In this document: positions 51,860 through 63,140 of the stretch, piece by piece
Layout of the letters: each line of letters starts with the position of its first letter
Position numbering within the stretch: the first letter of the stretch is position 1
Assembly: GCA_044238405.1 (NCBI GenBank)
Contig: JBIIDK010000001.1
Span: 6,114-70,113 of the forward strand
Length of the DNA stretch: 64,000 nucleotides
DNA from: Planktothrix sp.
GTDB taxonomy: Bacteria; Cyanobacteriota; Cyanobacteriia; Cyanobacteriales; Microcoleaceae
Direction of reading: 5' to 3'
Notes under the pieces: generated by a model
Databases searched by the model: none
Told to the model about the DNA's origin: nothing
What the model saw: the letters and a program-made list of their open reading frames with translations, nothing else
Made by a program: the position numbers and the translations under genes

Positions 51860-52957
51860 GTGGAGCCAAATTTTCAACCTCTCAATCCTGATCATCCAGG
51901 GGTACGGGAAGTTATGCAATATATGTTGTCACGTCGTCAGTTTCTTGTATTAGGGACTGGCTCTTTTGTGACAACACTGATGCTTTCAAGTTTAACAGGG
52001 GAAGCTGAATCTGCTCAAAATACCGATGTTTCTTCTACAAGCAATTCAATCAAAAGTGAGGTAAAAACGATGGATATTCAACCCACTAATCCTGAGTATT
52101 TTATTCCTAATCGATTTCAAGGAAAAACGATTTTAATTACAGGTGCGGCGACGGGAATTGGTGCGGCGACGGCGATTAGAGCCGCTCGTGAGGGTGCTAA
52201 TGTGGTGGGAGTTGACCGCAAGGAAAAAGAACTCAATCAGACCATTAGCAAGATTAAAGGGGAAGGACATAATGCGATCGCAATTGTCGGGAATGTCGTA
52301 GAAACAGCATTATGTGATCGTATGGTAACAGAAGCGGTGAATGCCTTTGGCGGTGTCGATTTGGCGCTGAATGCGGCGGGAGTCATGGATGGAGGAGATC
52401 CGGCTCAACCCCTGAATTTTGAAGGTCAACGCAATTTGTTACCTAACTCAATTCATCTGGCTACTGATGAATATTGGGATGCTGTGGTAGCAACCAATAC
52501 AACGGGTTTATTTAAGTCGATGCGCTCAGAATTGCGACAGATGGTCGCACAAGGTCAAGGGGGAGCTATTGTTAATATTGGTTCAATCGCTGGCTTAACC
52601 GGATTAGCTGGAAATCCTGCCTACGTTGCGAGTAAACACGGAGTGACAGGCTTAACGCGAAATGCAGCCCTAGATTATGCCCCTTACGGGATTCGCATCA
52701 ACTCAGTTAATATGGCAGCCACAGATACACCCATGGTAGCCAGAGCGGGTGAATTTGTGCAAGCCAGCAAAAAAGCGGGAGAGGGTAGCTCGATGGGTGG
52801 GCTCAAACTACAGAGCATTTTGTCTGCTGTTGATTCTAAAAATCGTTCATCTACTGTTTGGGAACAAGGGGCAATTATTCTCTTTCTTTTGTCTCCAGAT
52901 GCTTCTAATTTAACGGGTTGTACTTATGCGACGGATGGAGGTTGGACGGCTTACTAA
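51860..52957 (+). CDS. SDR oxidoreductase with twin-arginine-like signal peptide
   Basis: SRRQFL + hydrophobic stretch; TGAATGIG, LNAAG, YVASK. Confidence 0.85.
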   Translation: MEPNFQPLNPDHPGVREVMQYMLSRRQFLVLGTGSFVTTLMLSSLTGEAESAQNTDVSSTSNSIKSEVKTMDIQPTNPEYFIPNRFQGKTILITGAATGIGAATAIRAAREGANVVGVDRKEKELNQTISKIKGEGHNAIAIVGNVVETALCDRMVTEAVNAFGGVDLALNAAGVMDGGDPAQPLNFEGQRNLLPNSIHLATDEYWDAVVATNTTGLFKSMRSELRQMVAQGQGGAIVNIGSIAGLTGLAGNPAYVASKHGVTGLTRNAALDYAPYGIRINSVNMAATDTPMVARAGEFVQASKKAGEGSSMGGLKLQSILSAVDSKNRSSTVWEQGAIILFLLSPDASNLTGCTYATDGGWTAY

Positions 52958-53007
52958 AGCGAAGAGATTTCGACTGAGTGTGATGGCCTAGCCACCAAAA
53001 TTATATA

Positions 53008-53137
53008 ATATGAAATCCTTAAGCATTTGCTATCAATAATAAATTGGGTAACTCATCACTTTTGATTATCCCCTATTCCTATTTTATTGTCCCCTCTGTT
53101 CCCTTTTCCCTCTAGTATTAATTTAAGGATTTCATAT
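53008..53137. repeat. MITE-like element, 15-bp perfect TIR, purine/pyrimidine-skewed interior
   Basis: atatgaaatccttaa ... ttaaggatttcatat; related sequence at ~59700-59805. Confidence 0.6.
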
Positions 53138-53165
53138 CAGAATTAACGGCTTACAACAACCCAAT

Positions 53166-54281
53166 TTATAAAGTAACTGCAATTTTATTGTGTTGTTGAC
53201 GATAGCGATAATAAGCCGCACAAGCACCTTCAGAAGAAACCATCGGTGCACCTAACGGATGTTCAGGAGTACAACGGGTTCCAAAAGCAGAACATTCATG
53301 GGGTTTTTTAATTCCTTGTAAAATTTCCCCACTAATACAGTCAGCACAGGGAGAAGAAACGGGAATTAACTGTTGAGAATTAAACCGTTTTTGAGCATCA
53401 AAATTAATATATTTGGGTTTAATTCCTAACCCACTTTGGGGAATTTCCCCCAAACCTCGCCATTGACGGGGAACAATTTCAAAGATTTCGTGAATAATGG
53501 TTTTAGCGGTTTCATTTCCTTCTCGACGCACGGAACGATTATATTGATTTTCGAGTTTATATTCGCTGTTTTCTAACTGTTGAATACAGAAATAAATTCC
53601 CTGTAAAATATCAACAGGTTCAAACCCTGTTACTACAATAGGAATTTGATATTTTTCAACAATCGGTTCATATTCAGTATATCCCATAATCGTACAAACA
53701 TGACCCGCCGCTAAGAAGCCTTGAACTTGACAATTAGAACTCGATAAAATAGCTTCCATCGCCGGAGGAACAAGCACATGGGAAACTAACAGGGAGAAAT
53801 TCTTAATGTTTTGTTGATAAGCTTGATAGACTGCCATTGCGGTTGTTGGGGCGGTGGTTTCAAAACCAACAGCAAAGAAAATTACTTCTTTTGTTGGGTT
53901 TTGTTGGGCAATTTTTAAACAGTCTAAAGGGTTATAAACTATTCTAACATCTGCCCCGGTTGCTTTAACGCTTAAGAGGTCTTTTTCACTCCCTGGAACC
54001 CGTAACATATCCCCAAAGGAACACAGAATAATATTAGGTAAAGAAGCGAGAGCAATGGCTTGATCAATAATATTAATATCCGTCACACAAACGGGACAAC
54101 CAGGGCCATGAATTAAAGTAATTTCTGAAGGTAATAACTCATCAATGCCATATTTAACAATAGAGTGGGTTTGTCCTCCACAAATTTCCATAATTGTCCA
54201 AGGTTTTGTGGTAATAGCTGCGATCGCTTTGGCATAATCTTGAGCTAATTTAGCATCCCGATATTCATCAACAAATTTCAT
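53166..54281 (-). CDS. hypD: Hydrogenase maturation protein HypD
   Basis: [37 protein letters not shown]. Confidence 0.97.
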   Translation of the reverse strand: MKFVDEYRDAKLAQDYAKAIAAITTKPWTIMEICGGQTHSIVKYGIDELLPSEITLIHGPGCPVCVTDINIIDQAIALASLPNIILCSFGDMLRVPGSEKDLLSVKATGADVRIVYNPLDCLKIAQQNPTKEVIFFAVGFETTAPTTAMAVYQAYQQNIKNFSLLVSHVLVPPAMEAILSSSNCQVQGFLAAGHVCTIMGYTEYEPIVEKYQIPIVVTGFEPVDILQGIYFCIQQLENSEYKLENQYNRSVRREGNETAKTIIHEIFEIVPRQWRGLGEIPQSGLGIKPKYINFDAQKRFNSQQLIPVSSPCADCISGEILQGIKKPHECSAFGTRCTPEHPLGAPMVSSEGACAAYYRYRQQHNKIAVTL

Positions 54282-54444
54282 AATATTTTTATAATAAATT
54301 TCTAAATCACACTTATATTAACACTTGTTCCTGGGTTCTACCCAGGAATCATAAACGTAGGCTCTGCCTACGGTAAATAGAATAGAGGCAGAGCCTCTGA
54401 TACTCATTCCCAGGCAGAGCCAGGGAACGAGAAAATACAGGGGT

Positions 54445-55455
54445 TTAAACTAAACTATGACCCAGTTTATAAGAGGTAATTGTCTTCATATATTGAGCCC
54501 GTTCGTAGGCAGATTCATCTTCACAATGGAGTTGAGACATTGAACCCTGCATTTGTTTCACAGACTCATATTCGTGTTCTTCCATCCAGTGTTTCATCTC
54601 TTCTTCCATGACTTGAATATAATTAAAACCATGTCGGAGTAAGGTGGAACAAACTTGAGTCACTTTTGCACCAGCCATTAACATTTTAATGGCATCATGA
54701 CCTCGTTGAACGCCACTGGTACAAGCTAAATCAGCGTTAATTCGACCATATAAAATCGCTATCCAACGCATCGGTAAACGCATATCATGGGGACTACTTA
54801 AAATGGTTCCCGGTTCCACAATTAATTCTTCGGGGTTAATATCCGGTTGTAGGAAACGATTAAATAACACTAAACCATCCGCCCCAGCATCACAGAATTG
54901 TTTTGCCATATTCGCCATATTGCTAAAATAAGGGCTCACTTTTAACGCAACGGGAATGGTCACTTCTGCTTTAACTTCTCGCAGGGTATTGAGATAGTTT
55001 TGTTCGACTTGTTCTCCGGTTAAATCAAAGTCCGTAGGAACATAATAAATGTTTAATTCAATTGCATCAGCCCCGGCTTGTTGCATCAATTGAGCATATT
55101 CTACCCAACCCCCAGAAGAAAAGCCGTTTAAACTGGCAATAATCGGAATATTCGTGCATTCTTTCGCTTGACGAATATGTTCTAAATACAGTTCTGGCCC
55201 AACGTGATATTCATCGGGTTCAGGAAAATAACTTAAGGCTTCTGCAAAGCTATTCGTTCCGTATTCTAAATGATGGTGCAGTTCAAATTTTTCTCGGAGT
55301 AATTGTTCCTCAAATAAGGAATGTAAAACCACCGCCGCCGCCCCAGCATCTTCTAGGCGTTTAACATTATCAATATCTTCTGAAAGGGGAGCCGCAGCAG
55401 AAGGAACGATGGGAGTCCGTAAATTTAAGCCGAGATAGGTTGTTGTTAAATCCAT
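54445..55455 (-). CDS. Dihydroorotate dehydrogenase-like flavoprotein (PFOR-associated)
   Basis: DLTTTYLGLNLRTP, IPIIASLN, PVALKVSP, ADGLVLFNRF; ELNIYYVP in place of ELNxSCPN. Confidence 0.85.
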   Translation of the reverse strand: MDLTTTYLGLNLRTPIVPSAAAPLSEDIDNVKRLEDAGAAAVVLHSLFEEQLLREKFELHHHLEYGTNSFAEALSYFPEPDEYHVGPELYLEHIRQAKECTNIPIIASLNGFSSGGWVEYAQLMQQAGADAIELNIYYVPTDFDLTGEQVEQNYLNTLREVKAEVTIPVALKVSPYFSNMANMAKQFCDAGADGLVLFNRFLQPDINPEELIVEPGTILSSPHDMRLPMRWIAILYGRINADLACTSGVQRGHDAIKMLMAGAKVTQVCSTLLRHGFNYIQVMEEEMKHWMEEHEYESVKQMQGSMSQLHCEDESAYERAQYMKTITSYKLGHSLV

Positions 55456-55486
55456 TGTTTTTTCGTCCTCGGTTTGCAGATGGGAT

Positions 55487-55670
55487 AGGAATTAGGAATT
55501 AAGAATTAAGAATTAAGAATTACCCTTCTTAATTCTTATGTTGATTTCAACTAACAGTTAGTGAGAAACCCGATTTCTGAACTCAAATTGTTGATTTCAG
55601 TGGGTGAGAAACCGGGTTTCTTTTCCTAGATTGTAATGACAACTAACAGTTAGTTAGAAACCCGGTTCCT
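55487..55670. repeat. Heptamer (A[A/G]GAATT)x5 plus duplicated caactaacagttag.agaaacccg units
   Basis: Direct repeats at 55548 and 55640; three AGAAACC.G.TT.CT palindromes. Confidence 0.75.
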
Positions 55671-55673
55671 TGT

Positions 55674-58600
55674 TTATACAGGTGTAGTTTCAGGGGGTTT
55701 TGTTTCAGAGGGTGGGGTCGATTTTGCCTCTGAATGGCCGTTTCCATGACCGTGATGACCATTGGTTTCTACAGAACGAGCGGCCATGTATTCATACAGT
55801 TTCCAACGGGTATTAACGTCTTGTTGAGCTTCTTGTAATAACCGTTTGGCGTCGGCTGGTTTACTCTTGGTGAGCATTTTGAAACGGTTCTCCGCATACA
55901 TGGAGGGTTCAATGGTTTTCTTGGGTGATTTAGAATCCAAAATTAACGGGTTTTTGCCTTGTTCTTTCAAGTCAGGGTTATAGCGATACAGCAACCAACG
56001 ACCGCTTTCCACCAATTCTTTTTGATGGGTCATGGCCGTTGCCATATTAATCCCGTGAGCAATACAGTGAGAATAGGCAATAATAATCGATGGCCCGTCG
56101 TAGGCTTCCGCTTCCAAGAAGGCTTTGAGGGTATGTTCATCCCGTGCACCCATAGCCACACTCGCCACATAAACGTTACCGTAGGTCATGGCAATTAAGC
56201 CTAAGTCTTTCTTGGGTGACGGTTTACCCCCAGCCGCAAACTTGGCAACGGCACCACGTGGCGTGGCTTTCGAGGACTGTCCGCCTGTATTGGAATACAC
56301 TTCCGTATCCAACACTAAAATATTGACGTTGCGACCACTGGCGATGACGTGATCTAAGCCACCGTAACCAATATCATAGGCCCAACCATCTCCGCCAATA
56401 ATCCAAACGGATTTTTTGACTAAATAATCCGCTAAACTCAATAATTGTCGAGCATCAGCAGAGTCCACCCCTTGTAATTTTTGTTTGAGTTCAGCAACAA
56501 GTTGCCGTTGTTCCCAAATATCCGCTTCTGATTTTTGCGAGTTATTGAGAATTTGCGTAACTAAATTATCCCCAACTTCACCACCGAGTTTTTGTAACAG
56601 TTCCAAAGCAAACCCAGCGTGTTTGTCGATGGAGAGACGGAAGCCTAAGCCAAATTCGGCGTTATCTTCAAATAAACTATTTGCCCAAGCGGGGCCACGT
56701 CCCTCGGCGTTTTGTGTCCAGGGGGTAGTGGGTAAGTTACCACCATAAATAGAGGAACATCCGGTGGCGTTAGCAACCATCATGCGATCGCCAAATAACT
56801 GCGTGACTAACTTAATATAAGGAGTTTCGCCACAACCGCCACAAGCTCCAGAGAACTCAAATAACGGTTCTTGCCATTGTTGTTGACGGATCAGGTCTGG
56901 CCGTAATTTTAAGCGATCCGGGTTGGGAATACTGAGGAAGAAATCCCAATTTTCCGCTTCTTGTTCCCGTAACGGAAGTTGAGCTTCCATGTTAATGGCT
57001 TTTTTCGACGGCATGGATTTATTTTTAGCGGGGCAAACATCCACGCACACGCCACATCCGGTACAATCTTCGGGAGCGACTTGGATGGTGAATTTTTCAC
57101 CGCCAAAGGCTTTATCTTTAACGTCGGTAAATTTAAAGCTGGCGGGAGCGTTTTCTAACACGGCTGCATCATAGGCTTTCCCCCGAATAACCGCATGGGG
57201 ACAAACCATAATACATTTGCCACACTGCACGCAGACATCGGCATCCCAAACGGGGATCTCTTGAGCAATATTGCGTTTTTCCCATTTGGAGGTTCCGGTG
57301 GGATAAGTACCATCACAGGGGAGTTTACTAACGGGTAATTCATCTCCTCGTCCGGCAATCATCATGCCTTCGACTTCTTTAACAAAGGCAGGCGCGGCTT
57401 CAGGAACGGGTAAAGCCCGTCGCAGTGGAGACGTGCCATGACGCGTCTCTACTTCATAGAGATGTTCTAGGGTATCGTCAACGGCTTTTAAGTTTAAGCG
57501 GACAATTTCTGCACCTTTTTTACCGTAGGTTTTTTCGATCGCTTTTTTAATTTGATAGATCGCTTCTTCCCGTGGTAAAACCTTCGCTAAGGCAAAGAAA
57601 CACACCTGCATAATGGTATTAATGCGGTTGCCCATCCCCGTATCACGGGCGACTTGGTTGGCATTAATTACATAAAACTTGATATTTTTTCGGATGATGG
57701 TTTCTTGAATTTCTAAGGGCAAATGCTCCCAAACTTCATCGGGGCCATAGGGACTATTTAATAAGAACGTTGTGCCGTCCATTGCACATTTAAGAACGTC
57801 TAATTTTTCGATAAATGTCCATTGATGGCATCCGATAAAATTAGCTTTGCTAATTAAATAAATTGACCGGATCGGTTGCGGGCCAAACCGCAGGTGAGAA
57901 ACGGTAACAGCACCGGATTTTTTAGAGTCATAAACAAAATATCCTTGGGCGTAATTATCGGTTTCTTCCCCAATAATTTTAATTGAGTTTTTATTCGCGC
58001 CAACGGTTCCATCAGCACCCAAACCATAGAACATTGCCCGCACAACGTTATCGGGTTCAGTGGAGAAGTTAGGATCGTATTCTAACGAGGTTTGGCTAAC
58101 ATCATCATTGATGCCGATGGTAAAGTGATTTTTGGGTTTAGTTTGAGCTAAATTATCAAAAATGGCTTTAACCATTGCTGGGTTAAATTCTTTAGAAGAT
58201 AAGCCGTAACGACCGCCAACTAAGGATTTAAGGTTTTTAATCTTAGCTTTGAGATCCTCGTTATCTCCTAACATCACTTCTTGAACAGCCGTAACCACAT
58301 CTAAATAGAGAGGTTCCCCACTAGAACCGGGTTCTTTGGTTCGATCTAAAACTGCGATCGCTTTGACGGTTTCTGGCAGTTCTGCAACTAATTGTTCTCC
58401 CTTCCAAGGACGGTATAACCGAACTTTTAAGACTCCTAATTTTTCTCCTTGAGCGTTCAAATAATCGACGGTTTCATGAACGGTTTCGCAACCGGAACCC
58501 ATGAGAATAATCACTTTTTCGGCATCGGGTGCGCCGTGATATTCAAACAGTTTATAATTGCGTCCTGTCAGTTGTCCGAATTTATCCATCGCCCGTTGCA

Positions 58601-59330
58601 CAATATCAGGGGTTTTGGCATAAAACGGGTTAACGGTTTCTCTAGCTTGGAAATAGACATCCGGGTTTTGGGCGGTGCCTCGCAGCACGGGACGGTCGGG
58701 GGTTAACGCGCGATTCCGATGTTCATAAACGTATTGATCATCGATCATGTCTCGCATGACACTCTCATCTAAAAGATCAATTTTTTGAACTTCATGAGAG
58801 GTGCGAAATCCGTCAAAAAAGTGAATAAACGGAACCCGTGCTTCTAAGGTCGCAGTTTGGGCAATTAAAGCCATATCCTGGGCCTCTTGCACCGAAGCCG
58901 AACATAACAAGGCGAACCCTGTGGCTCTGGCGGCCATAACATCACTGTGATCGCCAAAAATCGATAACCCTTGGGCGGCTAAGGAGCGAGCGGCGACTTG
59001 AATGACCGCACAGGTTAATTCTCCGGCAATTTTGTAGAGGTTGGGGAGCATTAACATTAACCCTTGGGATGCCGTGAAGGTGGTGGTGAGGGAACCCGCT
59101 TGTAACGCCCCATGAATGGCTCCGGCTGCTCCCCCTTCGCTTTGCATTTCCACAACGGCCGGAACGGTACCCCAGAGGTTTTTATCGCCCACAGAAGCCC
59201 AAGCATCAGCCCATTCTCCCATGGGTGAGGAGGGCGTGATCGGATAAATCGCGATCACTTCACTTAAACGATAAGCAACACGGGCAACGGCTTCGTTACC
59301 ATCTAGGGTTGCATAATTTTTTGTATTCAT
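55674..59330 (-). CDS. nifJ: Pyruvate:ferredoxin (flavodoxin) oxidoreductase
   Basis: AIYPITPSSPM, CVQCGKC..CP and CTGCGVC..CP ferredoxin motifs, SGACGGCGETPY, GGDGWAYDIG. Confidence 0.98.
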   Translation of the reverse strand: MNTKNYATLDGNEAVARVAYRLSEVIAIYPITPSSPMGEWADAWASVGDKNLWGTVPAVVEMQSEGGAAGAIHGALQAGSLTTTFTASQGLMLMLPNLYKIAGELTCAVIQVAARSLAAQGLSIFGDHSDVMAARATGFALLCSASVQEAQDMALIAQTATLEARVPFIHFFDGFRTSHEVQKIDLLDESVMRDMIDDQYVYEHRNRALTPDRPVLRGTAQNPDVYFQARETVNPFYAKTPDIVQRAMDKFGQLTGRNYKLFEYHGAPDAEKVIILMGSGCETVHETVDYLNAQGEKLGVLKVRLYRPWKGEQLVAELPETVKAIAVLDRTKEPGSSGEPLYLDVVTAVQEVMLGDNEDLKAKIKNLKSLVGGRYGLSSKEFNPAMVKAIFDNLAQTKPKNHFTIGINDDVSQTSLEYDPNFSTEPDNVVRAMFYGLGADGTVGANKNSIKIIGEETDNYAQGYFVYDSKKSGAVTVSHLRFGPQPIRSIYLISKANFIGCHQWTFIEKLDVLKCAMDGTTFLLNSPYGPDEVWEHLPLEIQETIIRKNIKFYVINANQVARDTGMGNRINTIMQVCFFALAKVLPREEAIYQIKKAIEKTYGKKGAEIVRLNLKAVDDTLEHLYEVETRHGTSPLRRALPVPEAAPAFVKEVEGMMIAGRGDELPVSKLPCDGTYPTGTSKWEKRNIAQEIPVWDADVCVQCGKCIMVCPHAVIRGKAYDAAVLENAPASFKFTDVKDKAFGGEKFTIQVAPEDCTGCGVCVDVCPAKNKSMPSKKAINMEAQLPLREQEAENWDFFLSIPNPDRLKLRPDLIRQQQWQEPLFEFSGACGGCGETPYIKLVTQLFGDRMMVANATGCSSIYGGNLPTTPWTQNAEGRGPAWANSLFEDNAEFGLGFRLSIDKHAGFALELLQKLGGEVGDNLVTQILNNSQKSEADIWEQRQLVAELKQKLQGVDSADARQLLSLADYLVKKSVWIIGGDGWAYDIGYGGLDHVIASGRNVNILVLDTEVYSNTGGQSSKATPRGAVAKFAAGGKPSPKKDLGLIAMTYGNVYVASVAMGARDEHTLKAFLEAEAYDGPSIIIAYSHCIAHGINMATAMTHQKELVESGRWLLYRYNPDLKEQGKNPLILDSKSPKKTIEPSMYAENRFKMLTKSKPADAKRLLQEAQQDVNTRWKLYEYMAARSVETNGHHGHGNGHSEAKSTPPSETKPPETTPV
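57425..57452. repeat. REP-like palindrome inside the nifJ coding sequence
   Basis: gtggagacgtgccatgacgcgtctctac, 25/28 identical to the palindrome at 59841; encodes VETRHGTSP. Confidence 0.8.
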
Positions 59331-59840
59331 TCCTAAAATTCCTCTAGCAATAAAACTTTAATGCGAGTGCCCGCTTAGATACAGAATTGTTTTGGCAATT
59401 TCTGCGCCAAAATTGACCGTTTTGTTGTTTAGTTTGGGTTGGTAATGATTCTAATTCTGTAATTAAACGGATAGAAATATCCTTAAAATTACTTCAGCTT
59501 TTTTTCGTTACCCCAGCTATTGTTTAATTTGGAATTTTCCAGAGTCAAATATCGGTCGAGATTAATTTTTCCTTAAATTTAGATTAAGGATTGTTGAGGT
59601 TTACCCCCTAGATTCCTATTTTAGATCATCTAATAAAAACGGCAGAAAGGGAACCACAACTTAACGTTTTTTAACTCATTGTCACGATTTGTAATAGCAG
59701 GGAACAGGGAACAGAAGGGAAAAGGAAAATAGGGAATAGGGGATAGGAAAAAGTGATGAGCGATCCGATCAACGATCTGTAACAGATATTTAATATGAAA
59801 TCCTTGAAATTGATACTACAGATTATCCCCTAAAACACCT

Positions 59841-59868
59841 GTAGAGACGCGCCATGGCGCGTCTCTAC
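59841..59868. repeat. 28-bp perfect REP-like palindrome
   Basis: GTAGAGACGCGCCATGGCGCGTCTCTAC downstream of pflB. Confidence 0.9.
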
Positions 59869-59922
59869 GGTAGTTAATATTGTGAAGGGAGTTTCTAAGG
59901 TTAAACCCCTAGAATCATTCCA

Positions 59923-62199
59923 CTAAAACCGATCATGGAATGTGCGTTTAATCACGTCTAACTGTTGTTCACGAGTTAATTTAATGAAATTCACAGCATA
60001 TCCAGAAACCCGAATGGTAAGTTGAGGATAGTTTTCAGGATGATTCATCGCATCGATTAACATCTCTTTATCCAAGACATTAACATTAATATGATGTCCG
60101 CCATCATAGAAATATCCATCCAACATTCCTGTCAAGTTATTAACTTGATCCTCTAGGGTTTTACCCAAGGCTTTCGGAACAATTGAAAAGGTGTAAGAAA
60201 TGCCATCTTGAGCGTGTTCATAAGGCAATTTTGCCACAGAAGCAGAGGATGCGATCGCACCGTTACTATCTCGTCCATGGAGGGGATTTGCTCCCGGTGC
60301 AAAAGGCTCTCCGGCTTTACGTCCATCGGGGGTATTTCCGGTCATTTTGCCATACACCACATTGGAAGTAATGGTTAAAATAGATTGGGTGGGTACGGCA
60401 TGGCGATAGGTTTTTTGATTGCGAACTTTATTCATAAAAGTCCGAACTAAATTCACGGCAATTTCATCGACTCGTTGATCATTATTGCCATATTTAGGAT
60501 AATCTCCTTGAATTTCATAATCCAGAGCTAACCCATTTTCTCCCCGCAATATTTTAACTTGAGCATATTTAATCGCGGATAAAGAATCAGCTACAACGGA
60601 TAACCCTGCGATCCCACAAGCTAAAGTTCGATAAACATCCCGATCATGTAACGCCATTTCAATGCGTTCATAACAGTATTTATCGTGCATATAGTGAATT
60701 ACATTCAGGGTATTGACGTATAATTTCGCCAACCATTCCATCATTTGATCAAATTTGGCGACCACTTCATCATAATCTAAATATTCAGAAGTAATCGGAG
60801 CAAACAGAGGGGCAATTTGCTCACCTGTTTTTTCATCTTTTCCGCCATTAATGGCATAAAGTAACGCTTTGGCTAAGTTCGCTCGTGCTCCAAAAAATTG
60901 CATTTGTTTGCCAATTCGCATGGCACTAACACAACAAGCAATTCCATAATCATCCCCATAAATAGGACGCATGAGATCATCATTTTCATACTGAATGGAA
61001 CTGCTTTCAATGGAAACTTTGGCACAGAATTTCTTGAAATTTTCAGGTAAGCGTTCTGACCATAAAACCGTTAAATTAGGTTCCGGTGCAGGCCCTAAAG
61101 TTGATAAGGTATGCAGGAAGCGGAAACTGGTTTTACTCACTAATGATCGTCCGTCTTCTCCCATTCCTGCCAGACATTCTGTTACCCAAGTGGGATCACC
61201 AGAGAATAATTGATTGTATTCTGGGGCTCGTAAAAATCGTACCATCCGTAATTTAATGACAAAATGATCGATAATTTCTTGAGCTTCAGATTCCGTTAAA
61301 ATCCCTTGTTTCAAATCCCGATTAAAATAGACATCTAGGAAGGTTGAAACCCGTCCCAAGGACATCGCTGCACCATTTTGTTCTTTAACGGCAGCTAAAT
61401 AACCAAAATACGTCCACTGTACCGCTTCTTTAGCATTGGCAGCCGGAAAACTGAGATCAAATCCATAACTCGCCGCCATCGCTTTGAGTTCTTTTAAGGC
61501 TTTAATTTGTTCAGAAATTTCTTCCCGTAGCTGAATAGTGGTTTCTACAATTTCATCCAATTCTAAGGATTCAAGTTGTTCTTTTTTATCGGTAATTAAC
61601 CGATCAATTCCGTACAACGCAACGCGACGATAATCCCCAATAATTCGTCCTCGTCCATAGGCATCGGGTAATCCGGTAATAATACCAGAATGACGGGCTT
61701 TTTTCATTTGACGAGTATAGGCATCAAAAACTCCATCATTATGAGTTTTACGATATTGGGTAAAAATGTCTTCGGTTTCAGGATCAAGTTCATAACCATA
61801 GGATTCTAAAGAAGCTTTGACAACCCGAATTCCACCAAAGGGCATAATTGCACGTTTTAAGGGGTGATCGGTTTGTAAACCTACAATTTGTTCTAAGCTT
61901 TGATCAATATAACCAGCACCATGAGAAACAATATTAGAGGGAATTTTTGTATCCACATCTAAAATGCCTTTTTCCCGTTCTACACGCATTAAATCTCGCA
62001 CTAACTCCCACAATTTTTGAGTGCGTTCCGTTGCTGAAGCTAAAAAGGATTCATCCCCGACATAAGGGGTGTAATTTTTTTGGATGAAATTTCTGACATT
62101 AATTTCTTTCGTCCATTTATCTTCAATAAATCCTTGCCATTGTTTACATAAATTACTAGAGGATTGATTTAAGATTTGACGTTCATTTGTAGCAATCAT
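59923..62199 (-). CDS. pflB: Pyruvate formate-lyase (formate C-acetyltransferase)
   Basis: [23 protein letters not shown] catalytic Cys pair, RVSGYAV glycyl-radical loop. Confidence 0.98.
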   Translation of the reverse strand: MIATNERQILNQSSSNLCKQWQGFIEDKWTKEINVRNFIQKNYTPYVGDESFLASATERTQKLWELVRDLMRVEREKGILDVDTKIPSNIVSHGAGYIDQSLEQIVGLQTDHPLKRAIMPFGGIRVVKASLESYGYELDPETEDIFTQYRKTHNDGVFDAYTRQMKKARHSGIITGLPDAYGRGRIIGDYRRVALYGIDRLITDKKEQLESLELDEIVETTIQLREEISEQIKALKELKAMAASYGFDLSFPAANAKEAVQWTYFGYLAAVKEQNGAAMSLGRVSTFLDVYFNRDLKQGILTESEAQEIIDHFVIKLRMVRFLRAPEYNQLFSGDPTWVTECLAGMGEDGRSLVSKTSFRFLHTLSTLGPAPEPNLTVLWSERLPENFKKFCAKVSIESSSIQYENDDLMRPIYGDDYGIACCVSAMRIGKQMQFFGARANLAKALLYAINGGKDEKTGEQIAPLFAPITSEYLDYDEVVAKFDQMMEWLAKLYVNTLNVIHYMHDKYCYERIEMALHDRDVYRTLACGIAGLSVVADSLSAIKYAQVKILRGENGLALDYEIQGDYPKYGNNDQRVDEIAVNLVRTFMNKVRNQKTYRHAVPTQSILTITSNVVYGKMTGNTPDGRKAGEPFAPGANPLHGRDSNGAIASSASVAKLPYEHAQDGISYTFSIVPKALGKTLEDQVNNLTGMLDGYFYDGGHHINVNVLDKEMLIDAMNHPENYPQLTIRVSGYAVNFIKLTREQQLDVIKRTFHDRF

Positions 62200-62354
62200 A
62201 ATTCAGACTAACCTAATTCGATTTGAAACTTTAAGCTTTGACGTTAATAGCAGTAGCGACAAAATGTTAGAACATAGACTCTTGACTCAAATTGAAAGCG
62301 TTCTGTATCAGTTCAAAAGTTTATGATTTTCTGTTTTCTCTGATTCCCAAAATA

Positions 62355-63140
62355 TTACTGAACTGAAAGTCCATAACGCCTAAAACAGTCTTTGACTTGA
62401 TGAATTTGCTCAGAAGTGGGCACGGGTGTGTCTTGGAGATGATAAGTGTATCCCAGTTTTTCCCACTTATATTCTCCGAGTTGGTGGAAAGGTGACACTT
62501 CTACCTTTTCCACATTCTTTAATTGAGAAATAAACTTAGCTAATCCTTCAATATTGTCGGGATCATCGGTCAGGTTCGGAACTAAAACAAACCGAATCCA
62601 AGTAGGTTTATTAATCCCGTTCAAATATTGAGCAAATCTCAAGGTGGGTTCAATGGAAGTTCCTGTTACTTGACGATAGGTTAACGGATTAAAGGATTTA
62701 ATATCCAATAAAACCAAATCCACAAATTCGAGAACAGGTTTAGCAACGGTTAAGTTAACGTAACCTGAAGTATCTAAAGCGGTGTGAATTCCGATTTCTT
62801 GACAGCGTTGGAAAATTGCTTGCACAAAGTCGGGTTGTACTAAGGGTTCACCCCCGCTAATGGTAACACCTCCTCCTGAAAATCGCATATAAGAGCGATA
62901 TTTTTGAATTTCAGCAATCAGTTCATCAACGGTAATTTCTTTGCCATCTTGCAAATTTCGAGTGTCAGGATTATGGCAATAAAGACACCGTAGACAACAG
63001 CCTTGAGTAAAAATAATAAATCGGATTCCTGGGCCATCAACCGTGCCACAAGTCTCTATAGAATGAATCCGACCGGAAACTTTAGAAAGCGGTGAAATGC
63101 TTTGAATGGTTTCTGGATGTTGATGGGTTTTAACCGTCAT
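62355..63140 (-). CDS. pflA: Pyruvate formate-lyase activating enzyme (radical SAM)
   Basis: GTVDGPGIR, CLRCLYCHNPDT, GGVTISGGEP. Confidence 0.97.
   Translation of the reverse strand: MTVKTHQHPETIQSISPLSKVSGRIHSIETCGTVDGPGIRFIIFTQGCCLRCLYCHNPDTRNLQDGKEITVDELIAEIQKYRSYMRFSGGGVTISGGEPLVQPDFVQAIFQRCQEIGIHTALDTSGYVNLTVAKPVLEFVDLVLLDIKSFNPLTYRQVTGTSIEPTLRFAQYLNGINKPTWIRFVLVPNLTDDPDNIEGLAKFISQLKNVEKVEVSPFHQLGEYKWEKLGYTYHLQDTPVPTSEQIHQVKDCFRRYGLSVQ

Noticed and set aside
55959-58706. Short alternative-frame and antisense ORFs within nifJ (and similar ones within ilvB, the P-type ATPase and pflB)
   Set aside because: Fully nested in long, well-conserved CDSs, with no independent motifs or RBS evidence
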